Assembly: GCF_000195755.1 (NCBI RefSeq)
Contig: NC_002937.3
Span: forward strand, 1,020,001 to 1,052,000
Direction: 5' to 3'
Length of the DNA: 32,000 bases
DNA from: Nitratidesulfovibrio vulgaris str. Hildenborough
Lineage (GTDB): Bacteria; Desulfobacterota; Desulfovibrionia; Desulfovibrionales; Desulfovibrionaceae
This document shows, in pieces, positions 23,951 through 32,000 of this stretch. The position numbers were made by a program, and so were the translations under genes. The stretch's first letter is position 1. Every line of letters starts with the position of its first letter. The notes beneath the pieces were generated by a model that was not told the origin of the DNA, made no database searches, and worked only from the letters and a program-made list of their open reading frames with translations.

Positions 23951-25294
23951 ATGTCCATGCAGCAACGATTCTTCAGGGTGTTGACGGTCTCGGAACTCGT
24001 GGCACTGCTACGTACCTGTGCCCCTCTGGGTGCGGAATGCCCGACAGCGGGGCGCAGTGACTCCTTGCCTATCGAGGATGCAGCTTCTCTCGACTCTTCC
24101 GATGCGCCTACTTCCCTTGAATCGTCCGGTTCCCTTGATTCGCTGGACGGGCGAGTGCTTGCCAAGGCCGTGGTCGCGCGCGAGAACCTTCCGGCTACGC
24201 ACCGGGCCGCCATGGACGGGTATGCCGTGCGCGCTGCCGACCTTTTCGGGGCGTCCGAGGGCAGTCCGGCATATCTCGATGTCGTGGGGCATAGTGCCAT
24301 CGACGCCCGACCGGATGTGACTCTCGGCCCCGGACAGTGTCTCGGCATCGTCACAGGTGGAACCTTGCCCGAAGGGGCGGATGCCGTCCTCATGGTGGAA
24401 TATGCCCACGACCTCGGGGGCGGCGCCATCGAAGCGCACCGGCCCGTTGCGCCGTGGGAGAATGTGATGCTCCGGGCCGAGGACGCGGAAGAAGGGCGCG
24501 TCGTCCTGCCTGCGGGTACGCTTCTGCGACCGCAGGAAGTGGGCCTTCTGGCCGCATTGGGCGAGACGGCACCTTTGGTGCATCGCAGGCCCCGTGTGGC
24601 GGTCATCTCGACTGGCGACGAACTGGTTCCCGCCGATGCGACCCCGCGTGACGGGCAGATTCGCGATGTGAACACCCATACGCTGGCATGTCTTGTGCGT
24701 CGCGCCGGGGCCGTGCCCCGCTGCATGGGACTCGTACCCGATGTCTTGCCCGCGCTGGAAGCCGCATTGCGGCAGGGGCTTGAAACAGCCGACGTCGTGT
24801 TGCTTTCCGGCGGTAGTTCTGTCGGTGTGCGTGACCTCACCGTGGCGGCGCTTGAACGCATCGAAGGGGCCGAGTTGCTGTGCCACGGTGTGGCCATCAG
24901 CCCCGGCAAGCCGCTCATCGTCGCGCGTGTCGGTGAAAAGCTGGTGTGGGGGCTGCCCGGTCAGGTTACGTCGGCGCAGGTGGTCATGCACGTCCTCGGT
25001 ATGCCTTTCCTGCGGCATCTGGCCGGATGGCAGGATGCGTTCGACATGTCGCGCTGGCCTTCGCGTCGTGCGGTGCTTGCCCGGAACACGGCCACCCGTC
25101 AGGGACGTGAGGACTACATCCGGGTTCGTCTCGACCCTCGCCCCGACGACCTGCCAGAGGCCGTTCCGCTGTTCGGCAAGTCCGGCCTGCTCAAGACCCT
25201 CGTCGGTTCCGACGGGGTCGTCCGCATCCCCGCCGAAGTCGAAGGACTGGAGCGTGGTGCGCTGGTCGACGTGTTGCTCTTCGGGGAACGCTAG
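23951..25294 (+). CDS. moeA: Molybdopterin molybdenumtransferase
   Basis: GRVLAKAVVARENLPATHRAAMDGYAVRAADL, then GIVTGGTLPEGADAV, VAVISTGDELV and LLSGGSSVG fit the MoeA N, MPT-binding and C-terminal layout. ATG at 23951 is preceded by GAAGGGAG. The upstream 100 codons in the ORF track are antisense to the DUF4198 gene. Confidence 0.9.
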   Translation: MSMQQRFFRVLTVSELVALLRTCAPLGAECPTAGRSDSLPIEDAASLDSSDAPTSLESSGSLDSLDGRVLAKAVVARENLPATHRAAMDGYAVRAADLFGASEGSPAYLDVVGHSAIDARPDVTLGPGQCLGIVTGGTLPEGADAVLMVEYAHDLGGGAIEAHRPVAPWENVMLRAEDAEEGRVVLPAGTLLRPQEVGLLAALGETAPLVHRRPRVAVISTGDELVPADATPRDGQIRDVNTHTLACLVRRAGAVPRCMGLVPDVLPALEAALRQGLETADVVLLSGGSSVGVRDLTVAALERIEGAELLCHGVAISPGKPLIVARVGEKLVWGLPGQVTSAQVVMHVLGMPFLRHLAGWQDAFDMSRWPSRRAVLARNTATRQGREDYIRVRLDPRPDDLPEAVPLFGKSGLLKTLVGSDGVVRIPAEVEGLERGALVDVLLFGER

Positions 25295-25295
25295 G

Positions 25296-26168
25296 ATGCG
25301 CATCCTCGTTTTCGGCGACGTAGTGGGCAAGCCGGGGCGCCTTGCCCTGCGTGAGCGCCTGCCCTCGCTTCGGGTGGCCCATGCGGCCGATGTGGTGGTG
25401 GTCAACGGCGAGAATGCCTCCGGGGGTATCGGACTCACGGTTGAGTCCATGCGCGAGTTGTTCGCCTGCGGTGTCGACATCCTGACCAGCGGCAACCACA
25501 TCTGGAAGCATCGCGAAATCTACGCCACCCTCGACCGCGAACCACGACTGCTGCGCCCGGCGAATTACCCGGACGGTAGCCCCGGCAGGGGGGTGTATGT
25601 GCATGAACTGTCCGACGGCAGGCGGGTGGCGGTACTGAATCTCCTCGGGCGCACCTACATGGACGCGCTGGAGTGTCCCTTCCGTACGGCGGACATGCTG
25701 CTTGCCTCCGTGCCAGAGGACGTGACTGTGCGTATCGTCGATTTCCATGCCGAGGCCACCAGCGAGAAGAAGGCACTGGGCTGGCATCTGGACGGGCGCG
25801 TCTCGGCGGTACTGGGAACCCATACCCATGTGCAGACTGCCGATGCCATGCTGCTGCCCGGTGGTACTGCGTACCTGACCGACCTTGGCATGTGCGGGGT
25901 CGAGGCGTCGGTGCTGGGCATGGACCACAAGGTCATCGTAGACCGCTTTCTGACGGCCATGCCACAACGGTTCAGACCCGCATCGGGGCGTGGTTCACTG
26001 AATGGCGTGTTCCTTGAGGTGGATGATGCCACAGGGCAGGCGCTGCGCATGGAGTGCCTGCGAGAGGGGTGCCCCACTGCCGTGCGCGAGGTGTGGCGCG
26101 GCGAGGCGGAGATGCCCGCAGAGATGCCAGCAGAAAGGCCCGATGACGAGTCCGGGCAGAGGCCATGA
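25296..26168 (+). CDS. YmdB-family metallophosphoesterase (TIGR00282-type)
   Basis: MRILVFGDVVGKPGR, VVVNGENASGGIGLT, LTSGNHIWKH, DFHAEATSEK and LGTHTHVQTAD are the characteristic calcineurin-like/YmdB motifs. The start lies 1 nt after the moeA stop. Confidence 0.88.
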   Translation: MRILVFGDVVGKPGRLALRERLPSLRVAHAADVVVVNGENASGGIGLTVESMRELFACGVDILTSGNHIWKHREIYATLDREPRLLRPANYPDGSPGRGVYVHELSDGRRVAVLNLLGRTYMDALECPFRTADMLLASVPEDVTVRIVDFHAEATSEKKALGWHLDGRVSAVLGTHTHVQTADAMLLPGGTAYLTDLGMCGVEASVLGMDHKVIVDRFLTAMPQRFRPASGRGSLNGVFLEVDDATGQALRMECLREGCPTAVREVWRGEAEMPAEMPAERPDDESGQRP

Positions 26169-26361
26169 GCGTGATGGGGCGTGTAAACCCCATGCCGGGT
26201 GCTCACGCATCGCCCTGCCCTCTCCTGTAGTGGGCGATTGTGCCGCATCGGGTTGAAGACAGGGCCATGGGAGTCCGGCGAGACGGCGTGGGTGCAGAAG
26301 ATTGACACGGCAACGGTTCTCTGCAAGACCGTGCCGATACCATACAATCGGGGTTAGCGTA

Positions 26362-27558
26362 ATGATCGACATCGACAGGCAACTGGAGCACATCAAGCGG
26401 GGCTGCGCCGAACTCATCGACGAGGGTGAACTCCGCAAGAAGCTTGAGCGGGGCACGCCGTTGCGCATCAAGGCGGGGTTCGACCCCACTGCGCCCGACC
26501 TGCACCTCGGGCACACGGTGCTCATCCACAAGCTGCGCCATTTTCAGGAACTCGGCCACACCGTAATCTTCCTCATCGGCGACTTCACCGGGCTCATCGG
26601 TGACCCCTCGGGTCGTTCCGATACCCGTCCGCCGCTGACGCGCGAGCAGGTGCTCGCCAATGCCGAGACCTACAAGCAGCAGGTCTTCAAGATTCTCGAC
26701 CCGGAAAAGACCGTGGTCGACTTCAATTCGCGCTGGATGGGTGAATTCGGCGCGGCGGACTTCATCAGGCTCGCATCTCGCTATACCGTGGCGCGGATGA
26801 TGGAGCGTGACGATTTCGAGAAACGCTACAAGGAAGGACGCCCCATCGCTGTCCACGAATTCCTGTACCCGTTGGTGCAGGGCTACGATTCCGTGGCCCT
26901 CAAGGCCGATGTGGAACTGGGCGGTACGGACCAGAAGTTCAACCTGCTCGTGGGGCGGCATCTGCAGTCTCAATACGGGCAGGAGCCTCAGTGCATCCTC
27001 ACCATGCCGCTCCTCGAAGGGCTGGATGGCGTCAAGAAGATGTCAAAATCCCTGGGCAACTATGTGGGTATCGATGAATCGCCCGCCGACATGTTCGGCA
27101 AGCTCATGTCCGTCTCAGACGAACTGATGTGGCGCTACTTCGAACTCATCTCCTCGCGTTCCCTTGATGAAATCGCCGACCTTCGCCGCAAGGTGGAGAC
27201 GGGTGAGGCGCATCCCAAGCTGGTGAAGGAGTCGCTGGCCTACGAATTGACCACCCGCTACCATGGCGAAGACAAGGCCGCAGAGGCACAGCAGGGCTTC
27301 AATGCCGTATTCGCCGGTGGCGGCGTGCCGGACGACGCGCCGGTGCATGCCTGCGACCATGGCGACGACAGCACCCCGCCCGCCTTCCTTGAAGCCGCAG
27401 GACTCGTGAAGTCCCGTGGCGAGGCCAAGCGCCTCATCAAGGAAGGGGCACTGTCTGTGGATGGGGTACGCTGCGATGACGCCAATAGCCCCCTTGCCTC
27501 TGGCGAGTACGTCATCAAACTCGGCAAGAAGCGCTTCCTGCGCCTCACCGTGCGCTAG
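26362..27558 (+). CDS. tyrS: Tyrosine--tRNA ligase (type with C-terminal S4 domain)
   Basis: The HIGH motif appears as PDLHLGH and the KMSKS motif is exact. [14 protein letters not shown] is present. The C-terminal S4-like segment is [20 protein letters not shown] chose the ATG at 26362. Confidence 0.93.
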   Translation: MIDIDRQLEHIKRGCAELIDEGELRKKLERGTPLRIKAGFDPTAPDLHLGHTVLIHKLRHFQELGHTVIFLIGDFTGLIGDPSGRSDTRPPLTREQVLANAETYKQQVFKILDPEKTVVDFNSRWMGEFGAADFIRLASRYTVARMMERDDFEKRYKEGRPIAVHEFLYPLVQGYDSVALKADVELGGTDQKFNLLVGRHLQSQYGQEPQCILTMPLLEGLDGVKKMSKSLGNYVGIDESPADMFGKLMSVSDELMWRYFELISSRSLDEIADLRRKVETGEAHPKLVKESLAYELTTRYHGEDKAAEAQQGFNAVFAGGGVPDDAPVHACDHGDDSTPPAFLEAAGLVKSRGEAKRLIKEGALSVDGVRCDDANSPLASGEYVIKLGKKRFLRLTVR

Positions 27559-27640
27559 CTACGCTTCGATTCTATTTCGCCCCCGGCAGCCCGGTGTAAG
27601 CACAGCTGGGTGATACGAGGGCGTGGCAGACAATGCCAGA

Positions 27641-27675
27641 AGAAGCCCCCTCCTGCGATGCGGGAGGGGGCTTCT
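27641..27675. terminator. Bidirectional hairpin terminator between convergent tyrS and lptD
   Basis: AGAAGCCCCCTCC (27641-27653) pairs with GGAGGGGGCTTCT (27663-27675), a 13-bp perfect stem. Confidence 0.7.
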
Positions 27676-27730
27676 AGTATCTTCAGGCTTCGACAGCCGG
27701 GTCATGCGCGCCGAAGAGTGGCGGAGGGTA

Positions 27731-30067
27731 TCAGTTCGTGAGTCCGGGCAACTCCACGAGGAATTCTATCCCTTCGTCATAGACGTCGTAGGTGTAGCGC
27801 AGGATGAACTTGTAGCAGGGGTTGCTGTAGATGAGGTCGAAAGCGCGTTCGTAGCCTTCCTGACGCACGAAGTCATAGTACATGTGCCCGGCGGCCGACC
27901 ATGGCCCCCACATGTTGACGGCGGCGGTGAGCGTGGCGAGGTTGCCTGTATAGGCGCGTTTCCGGTTGTATTCGTCCAGCTTCGGTCTGTAGCTGTACCC
28001 CGTGCTGATATAGCCCCACCGCTGTGATGTGAAGGTCACGCCCTGGTCGTGCCGCGTGAAGTCTCCAAGATAGGGCGACCAGTCGCTGCGCGTGTAGATG
28101 CTCAGCCAGTCGAACACGCCGAACCGAAGGTCGGAGATCATGTCCATGAAAGGACGGCGCGGATAGTCTTCGAGGTCGTCGTTGCGGTCCATCTCGCGCA
28201 GGTCGTAACCGCTTTCAAGACGCCAACGTATCACGTCGAGATAGTCGTAGGCGACCTTCTGGTACTCCTCTTCGCTGTCAGGGTCGCGTGCAGGCACCAC
28301 CGTGCCACGCTTGCGGGTGAGGATATTGGTGACGGAGTAGACGAGTTCGCTTCTGGGGCCGATTCTGTCGCTGTCGTCGTAGTAGGGGTTACGGTCCTGA
28401 TCGACGTTGGCGATATTGCGGTACTCGATACGGGGTTGCACCCGGTGGTAGACGGACTTCCAGTGGCGTGTGCCGACCTCTTCTGTGGCGGGGTCGAGGG
28501 CGCCGTCTTCAAGGTCCCACACGCGGCCCACTTCGGTGAACGCCGCGACGTTGTAGTCAGGCAGTGAGCGGTAGTCACCGGTGGGTGCCGGTTCGCCATC
28601 GAGTCCCTTCGCTCGTTCCGTATTATACATGGTCTGTCGCCAGCCCATGCTGGCGATGACGGAACCGTAACGGCTGTTCATGGGCAGCGTCACACGTGGC
28701 GCTATTTCGGTACGTCCGCCCTGCGTGCCGTTGCGGCGGTGGAAATACACCGTCTGGGCTTCGGCCTCGATTTCGAGGGGCATTTCCTCGAAGGCCCTGC
28801 CCTTGTGCAGGAACACGTCAAGTTGGGGCAGGCGCTGGACGGTGGTGTCGGCGCTGTAGTTCTTGTTGCCGTGCCCGAGCGAAGGGTCCTGCTCGTAGCG
28901 GGCGCTCAGGGCCACTGTGGCCCTGTCCCATTCACGGTAGACCATGCCCTGCGAGATGCGGTTGCGGTCAAGTTCACGGATGTCGCGGCCGAACAGTTCG
29001 AAGAGTTGTGAACGGGATTTCCCGAAGCCTGACATGCCGCTGTTGAACTCACGCAGGAAGTTCTGGTCCGACACGTAGTCGAGGTCGAGCTTGTATCGCC
29101 AGTCGGGGTCGCCGAGTCTGCCTTCGGTCATGCCGCGCAGCCAGAATCGCTCGCTGTTGGTGCGTACCAGGCCGTCCTTGGCGATGGGGTCGTCGGCGTC
29201 GTTCTTGACGGTCGTGAGGTCGTCAAGCCAGTCGAAGCGCATCCACATGGCGGTGTCCGAAGCCTCGCGCGAGCGGTACTCCACGCCGTGCATGAAGCCG
29301 CGTTTCTCCATCCAGTACTCGTTGATGGTGACGTCTCGCCGGTCGTCGACTGCCCAGTAGAACGGCTGGTTGTAGTACACGCCCCGGCGGGTACTCATAC
29401 CGTACTCCGGCATGAGAAGACCCGTCTGGCGGGTACGCTTGGCGGGCAGTATCATATAGGGCGAGTAGGCAAGACTGGTGTCGGCCACATCGAATGTGGC
29501 ACCGAAGAGTTGGGCGTAGCCGTCGATCTCGACCACGGCCTGCTCGGCATTCATGGACCACGCCTCACCGTCGGGAGGGCACGAGGTCACCTTGGCCTTT
29601 TCAAAGGTGTAGTAGTCGCCCCATTTCTTGGTGACCCGCTCACCCGTGAAATAGATGTGCGGGCCTTCCATGAATATCTCGCCCTTCTGCATCCATCCCG
29701 TGCGGCTGCGCAGGTCGAATTCGGCTTCTTCGGCACGTATGGTCTCGGTGCCGGTGAACACCTCGACGTTGCCCTTGAGGTAGACCCAGTTGGTCGTGGA
29801 GTAGTAGCGGGCATAGTCGGCCTTGAAAAATTCGTTACCACGCCGCAGGGCGACCTGGCCGGTGGCTTCGAGGATCTTGCTCTCGTTGAGTGTGGAGAGG
29901 TTGTCCGCAGTGAGGTGCCATGTCACGGTCTCGGCATCGTCGGTGCGCATCTCGAGCACGCTCGCCGAGGCGAGCACCGGGGCGGGGGTGGTGGCCTCGG
30001 CCACGCAGCAACACACAAACGCCATCAACGCCGCCGCGACGGCGCGTGTCTTTCTGCCGAGAGTCAT
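27731..30067 (-). CDS. lptD: LPS-assembly outer-membrane protein LptD (OstA)
   Basis: A 778-aa protein with a signal peptide. The OstA-type N-terminal domain carries VALRRGNEFFKADYARY...YLKGNVEV. The Tyr/Asp/Arg-rich beta-barrel carries GLLMPEYGMSTRRGVYYNQPFYWA. Confidence 0.88.
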   Translation of the reverse strand: MTLGRKTRAVAAALMAFVCCCVAEATTPAPVLASASVLEMRTDDAETVTWHLTADNLSTLNESKILEATGQVALRRGNEFFKADYARYYSTTNWVYLKGNVEVFTGTETIRAEEAEFDLRSRTGWMQKGEIFMEGPHIYFTGERVTKKWGDYYTFEKAKVTSCPPDGEAWSMNAEQAVVEIDGYAQLFGATFDVADTSLAYSPYMILPAKRTRQTGLLMPEYGMSTRRGVYYNQPFYWAVDDRRDVTINEYWMEKRGFMHGVEYRSREASDTAMWMRFDWLDDLTTVKNDADDPIAKDGLVRTNSERFWLRGMTEGRLGDPDWRYKLDLDYVSDQNFLREFNSGMSGFGKSRSQLFELFGRDIRELDRNRISQGMVYREWDRATVALSARYEQDPSLGHGNKNYSADTTVQRLPQLDVFLHKGRAFEEMPLEIEAEAQTVYFHRRNGTQGGRTEIAPRVTLPMNSRYGSVIASMGWRQTMYNTERAKGLDGEPAPTGDYRSLPDYNVAAFTEVGRVWDLEDGALDPATEEVGTRHWKSVYHRVQPRIEYRNIANVDQDRNPYYDDSDRIGPRSELVYSVTNILTRKRGTVVPARDPDSEEEYQKVAYDYLDVIRWRLESGYDLREMDRNDDLEDYPRRPFMDMISDLRFGVFDWLSIYTRSDWSPYLGDFTRHDQGVTFTSQRWGYISTGYSYRPKLDEYNRKRAYTGNLATLTAAVNMWGPWSAAGHMYYDFVRQEGYERAFDLIYSNPCYKFILRYTYDVYDEGIEFLVELPGLTN

Positions 30068-30211
30068 GAACTGTCCGTTATGGTTGAATGTCTTTCCTGT
30101 AGGGGATAGAATCCTCTGGCGTCGATACGACCGTTGTCGTGTAGCACAGCTTGAACGCGAGGAAAAGTTCTACAACGCCGCAACTCCGGGATTGTTCCGC
30201 CGGGAGGCTCC

Positions 30212-31342
30212 ATGCCCATATCCTACAACAAGGCGAGTGTTGTCGTCAGTCTCCAATCCATAATCGCCAACTATCGCCGGATTCGTACGGTGGCACAGCG
30301 GCCCATGCCCGTCATCAAGTCCGATGCGTACGGCCACGGCCTTGAAGCTGTGGGCATGGCCCTTGAGGCCGAAGGTGCACGTGAATGCGCCGTCGGTACG
30401 GTGGGGGAGGGGGCGAAGCTGCGCAAGGCCGGTTTCGGGGCGGATATCGTCGCCCTGCTTGGGGCCCTCGACAGAGAGGACGCCCAGTTGGCGGCCTCTT
30501 CCGGCATCATCCCCACCGTCCTTGATATCGCCGGGCTTGAACGCCTTGCCGCGCAGGGTACCCCCGAAAGGCCGGTGCGCGTGGCGCTCAAGTTCGATAC
30601 GGGCATGGCCCGTCTCGGCTTCACGGAACATGATGTGTCTGCCCTTTGCGAGCGTCTGCGCACCCTGCCTTCGGTGCGGCCCGTCATGGCGGTATCGCAT
30701 CTCGCCGTTGCCGACGACCCCACCCAGTCGGCCTTCACGATGGCGCAGGGGGCCGCATTCGCGCGTATCATGGCGGGGCTTCGAAGCAACTTCCCCGATA
30801 TCATGGGGTCGCTGTCAAACTCCGCAGCCACGCTGGCGCACCCGCAACTGCACTGGGACGTGCAGCGTCCCGGCATCGCCCTCTATGGTTCGAATCCCCT
30901 TCGCGGGACGGCCCTTGCACGGCATGGCGAAGGGCTGTTGCCCGCCATGTCCGTCTCCGTGCCGGTGTTGCAGGTCCATCCGCTGCCCGCGGGGCGTAGT
31001 ATCAGCTACGGGCGGACGTACACCGCCACCAAAGATGCGACCGTGGCCATCATAGCCGCCGGATACGCCGACAACTACAGCCGCGCCCTGTCAGGGCGTG
31101 GTGTTGCTGTAGCTGGCGGGCGGCGTGTGCCTGTTCTTGGTCGCGTGTGCATGCAGACCACGGCCATCGACGTCACCGACGTACCCGGCATCGCCACGGG
31201 AGACCGTGTATGGCTGCTTGGTGGCCCCGGCCCCGCCACGGTCTCGGCTGATGAACTGGCCGACCTGTGGGGGACGATATCCTATGAAGTGCTGTGTCTG
31301 CTTGGCATGAACCCGCGCAGGCATGACGACTCTGTGGAGTAG
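30212..31342 (+). CDS. alr: Alanine racemase
   Basis: PVIKSDAYGHG is the PLP-lysine motif. The C-terminal beta-domain carries ISYGRTYTA, IAAGYADNYSR and GRVCMQTTAIDV. GGGAGG SD is present. Confidence 0.92.
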   Translation: MPISYNKASVVVSLQSIIANYRRIRTVAQRPMPVIKSDAYGHGLEAVGMALEAEGARECAVGTVGEGAKLRKAGFGADIVALLGALDREDAQLAASSGIIPTVLDIAGLERLAAQGTPERPVRVALKFDTGMARLGFTEHDVSALCERLRTLPSVRPVMAVSHLAVADDPTQSAFTMAQGAAFARIMAGLRSNFPDIMGSLSNSAATLAHPQLHWDVQRPGIALYGSNPLRGTALARHGEGLLPAMSVSVPVLQVHPLPAGRSISYGRTYTATKDATVAIIAAGYADNYSRALSGRGVAVAGGRRVPVLGRVCMQTTAIDVTDVPGIATGDRVWLLGGPGPATVSADELADLWGTISYEVLCLLGMNPRRHDDSVE

Positions 31343-31391
31343 CCATGTACGCGTGCCGGCGCCACCCATGCGATGTGGCGGCTTGCGGGTG

Positions 31392-31420
31392 TTGACAAGG
31401 GTGGGGCAAGCCGCTATTGA
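31392..31420 (+). promoter_or_regulatory. Candidate sigma-70 promoter of the rpsF-rpsR operon
   Basis: TTGACA (31392-31397), 17-nt spacer, TATTGA (31415-31420). This leaves a leader of roughly 55 nt. Confidence 0.45.
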
Positions 31421-31479
31421 CTCGGATTCGCCTTGCTCGTCCATGTGAGGACGGGCCCTCAGTCCATAAGGAGGAACCC

Positions 31480-31785
31480 ATGAGGAAATTCGAAACGCTG
31501 CTGCTCCTTTCCCCGGAGCTGGCCGCAGACGCCCGTGAGGCACTGCTCACCACCCTTTCCGGTGTGGTGGAGCGTGAACAGGGCTCGATGATCACCGCCG
31601 ACCACTGGGGCATGCGCGATCTCGCCTACCCCGTGCGCAAGCAGATGCGCGGCTACTATGTCCGCCTCGAATACACCGCCCCCGGCGCTACCGTGGCGGA
31701 ACTCGAGCGCATCATCCGCATCTCCGACGGCATCTTCAAATTCGTGACCGTCAAGCTGGCCGACGCGGTCGAGGAGGTTGCATAA
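31480..31785 (+). CDS. rpsF: 30S ribosomal protein S6
   Basis: MRKFETLLLLSPEL...HWGMRDLAYPVRKQMRGYYV is the canonical S6 sequence. TAAGGAGG SD is present. Confidence 0.95.
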   Translation: MRKFETLLLLSPELAADAREALLTTLSGVVEREQGSMITADHWGMRDLAYPVRKQMRGYYVRLEYTAPGATVAELERIIRISDGIFKFVTVKLADAVEEVA

Positions 31786-32000
31786 ATGGCCTTCAAGAAG
31801 AAGTTCGCTCCGCGCCGCAAGTTCTGCCGCTTCTGCGCCGACAAGGAACTGCCCATCGATTACAAGCGCGCCGACATCCTGCGCGACTTCATCACCGAAC
31901 GTGGCAAGATCATCGCCCGTCGCATCACGGGCACCTGCGCCCATCACCAGCGCGTGCTGACCCGCGAAATCAAGCGTGCGCGTCAGATGGCCCTGCTGAT
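31786..32000 (+). CDS. rpsR: 30S ribosomal protein S18 (3' end beyond the window)
   Basis: This gene is absent from the ORF track because no stop occurs inside the window. The ATG directly abuts the rpsF stop (TAAATG). My translation is [71 protein letters not shown], the canonical S18 sequence. Confidence 0.93.
   Translation, partial: MAFKKKFAPRRKFCRFCADKELPIDYKRADILRDFITERGKIIARRITGTCAHHQRVLTREIKRARQMALL

Noticed and set aside
24008-25501. 497-aa minus-strand ORF (and 23860-24918, 352 aa)
   Set aside because: It is antisense to moeA and the YmdB-type gene, both of which carry unmistakable motifs. The composition is Arg/Pro/Gly/Thr-rich and no SD is present.
26110-26140. Tandem AEMP-AEMP-AE at the C-terminus of the YmdB-type protein
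   Set aside because: It is a real small in-frame duplication (GAGATGCCCGCA / GAGATGCCAGCA), but it lies in a disordered tail and is too short to carry evident biological meaning.
26169-26361. T-box leader upstream of tyrS
   Set aside because: No T-box sequence of the AGGGTGGTACCGCG type and no specifier/antiterminator architecture is present. Only weak short inverted repeats are visible.
1-32000. CRISPR arrays, transposases, integrases, rRNA
   Set aside because: I looked for regularly spaced repeats, IS-like terminal inverted repeats and recombinase motifs in all long ORFs and saw none.

Overview
GC-rich window with strong GC3 bias and many antisense shadow ORFs. It looks like core chromosome of a Desulfovibrio-type sulfate reducer. 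From memory only, the gene order proB-thiD ... M16 peptidase-fur ... moeA-ymdB-tyrS / lptD / alr-rpsF-rpsR matches the D. vulgaris Hildenborough region around fur; this is not verified. I support about 25 protein genes, with no rRNA, tRNA, CRISPR or transposase. Housekeeping genes sit at both ends: proB, thiD, moeA, a YmdB-type phosphoesterase, tyrS, lptD, alr, rpsF and rpsR. The middle is dominated by signal transduction. (a) A soluble Cys-rich PAS histidine kinase, a REC-PAS-PAS response regulator with no output domain, a possible zinc-ribbon mini-ORF, and a dCache-HAMP-PAS chemoreceptor that carries the same Cys motif. (b) A small accessory-looking patch between long non-coding gaps: an excisionase-type HTH gene, an acidic 128-aa unknown and a stand-alone CBM48 protein. 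(c) A 249-aa unknown coupled to a GGDEF cyclase, followed by M16 peptidase-fur. (d) The most system-like locus: a -24/-12 promoter preceded by two identical GCAAA-N6-TTTGC palindromes. It drives a YeiH/UPF0324-family transporter with a 154-aa Ala/Lys-rich loop, an 85-aa membrane protein, a sensor kinase with a periplasmic CxxCH (c-heme, DUF3365-like) domain and an NtrC-type sigma-54 activator. (e) A divergent periplasmic DUF4198-type metal-binding pair next to moeA. All functional calls come from motif recognition by eye, and no searches were run.
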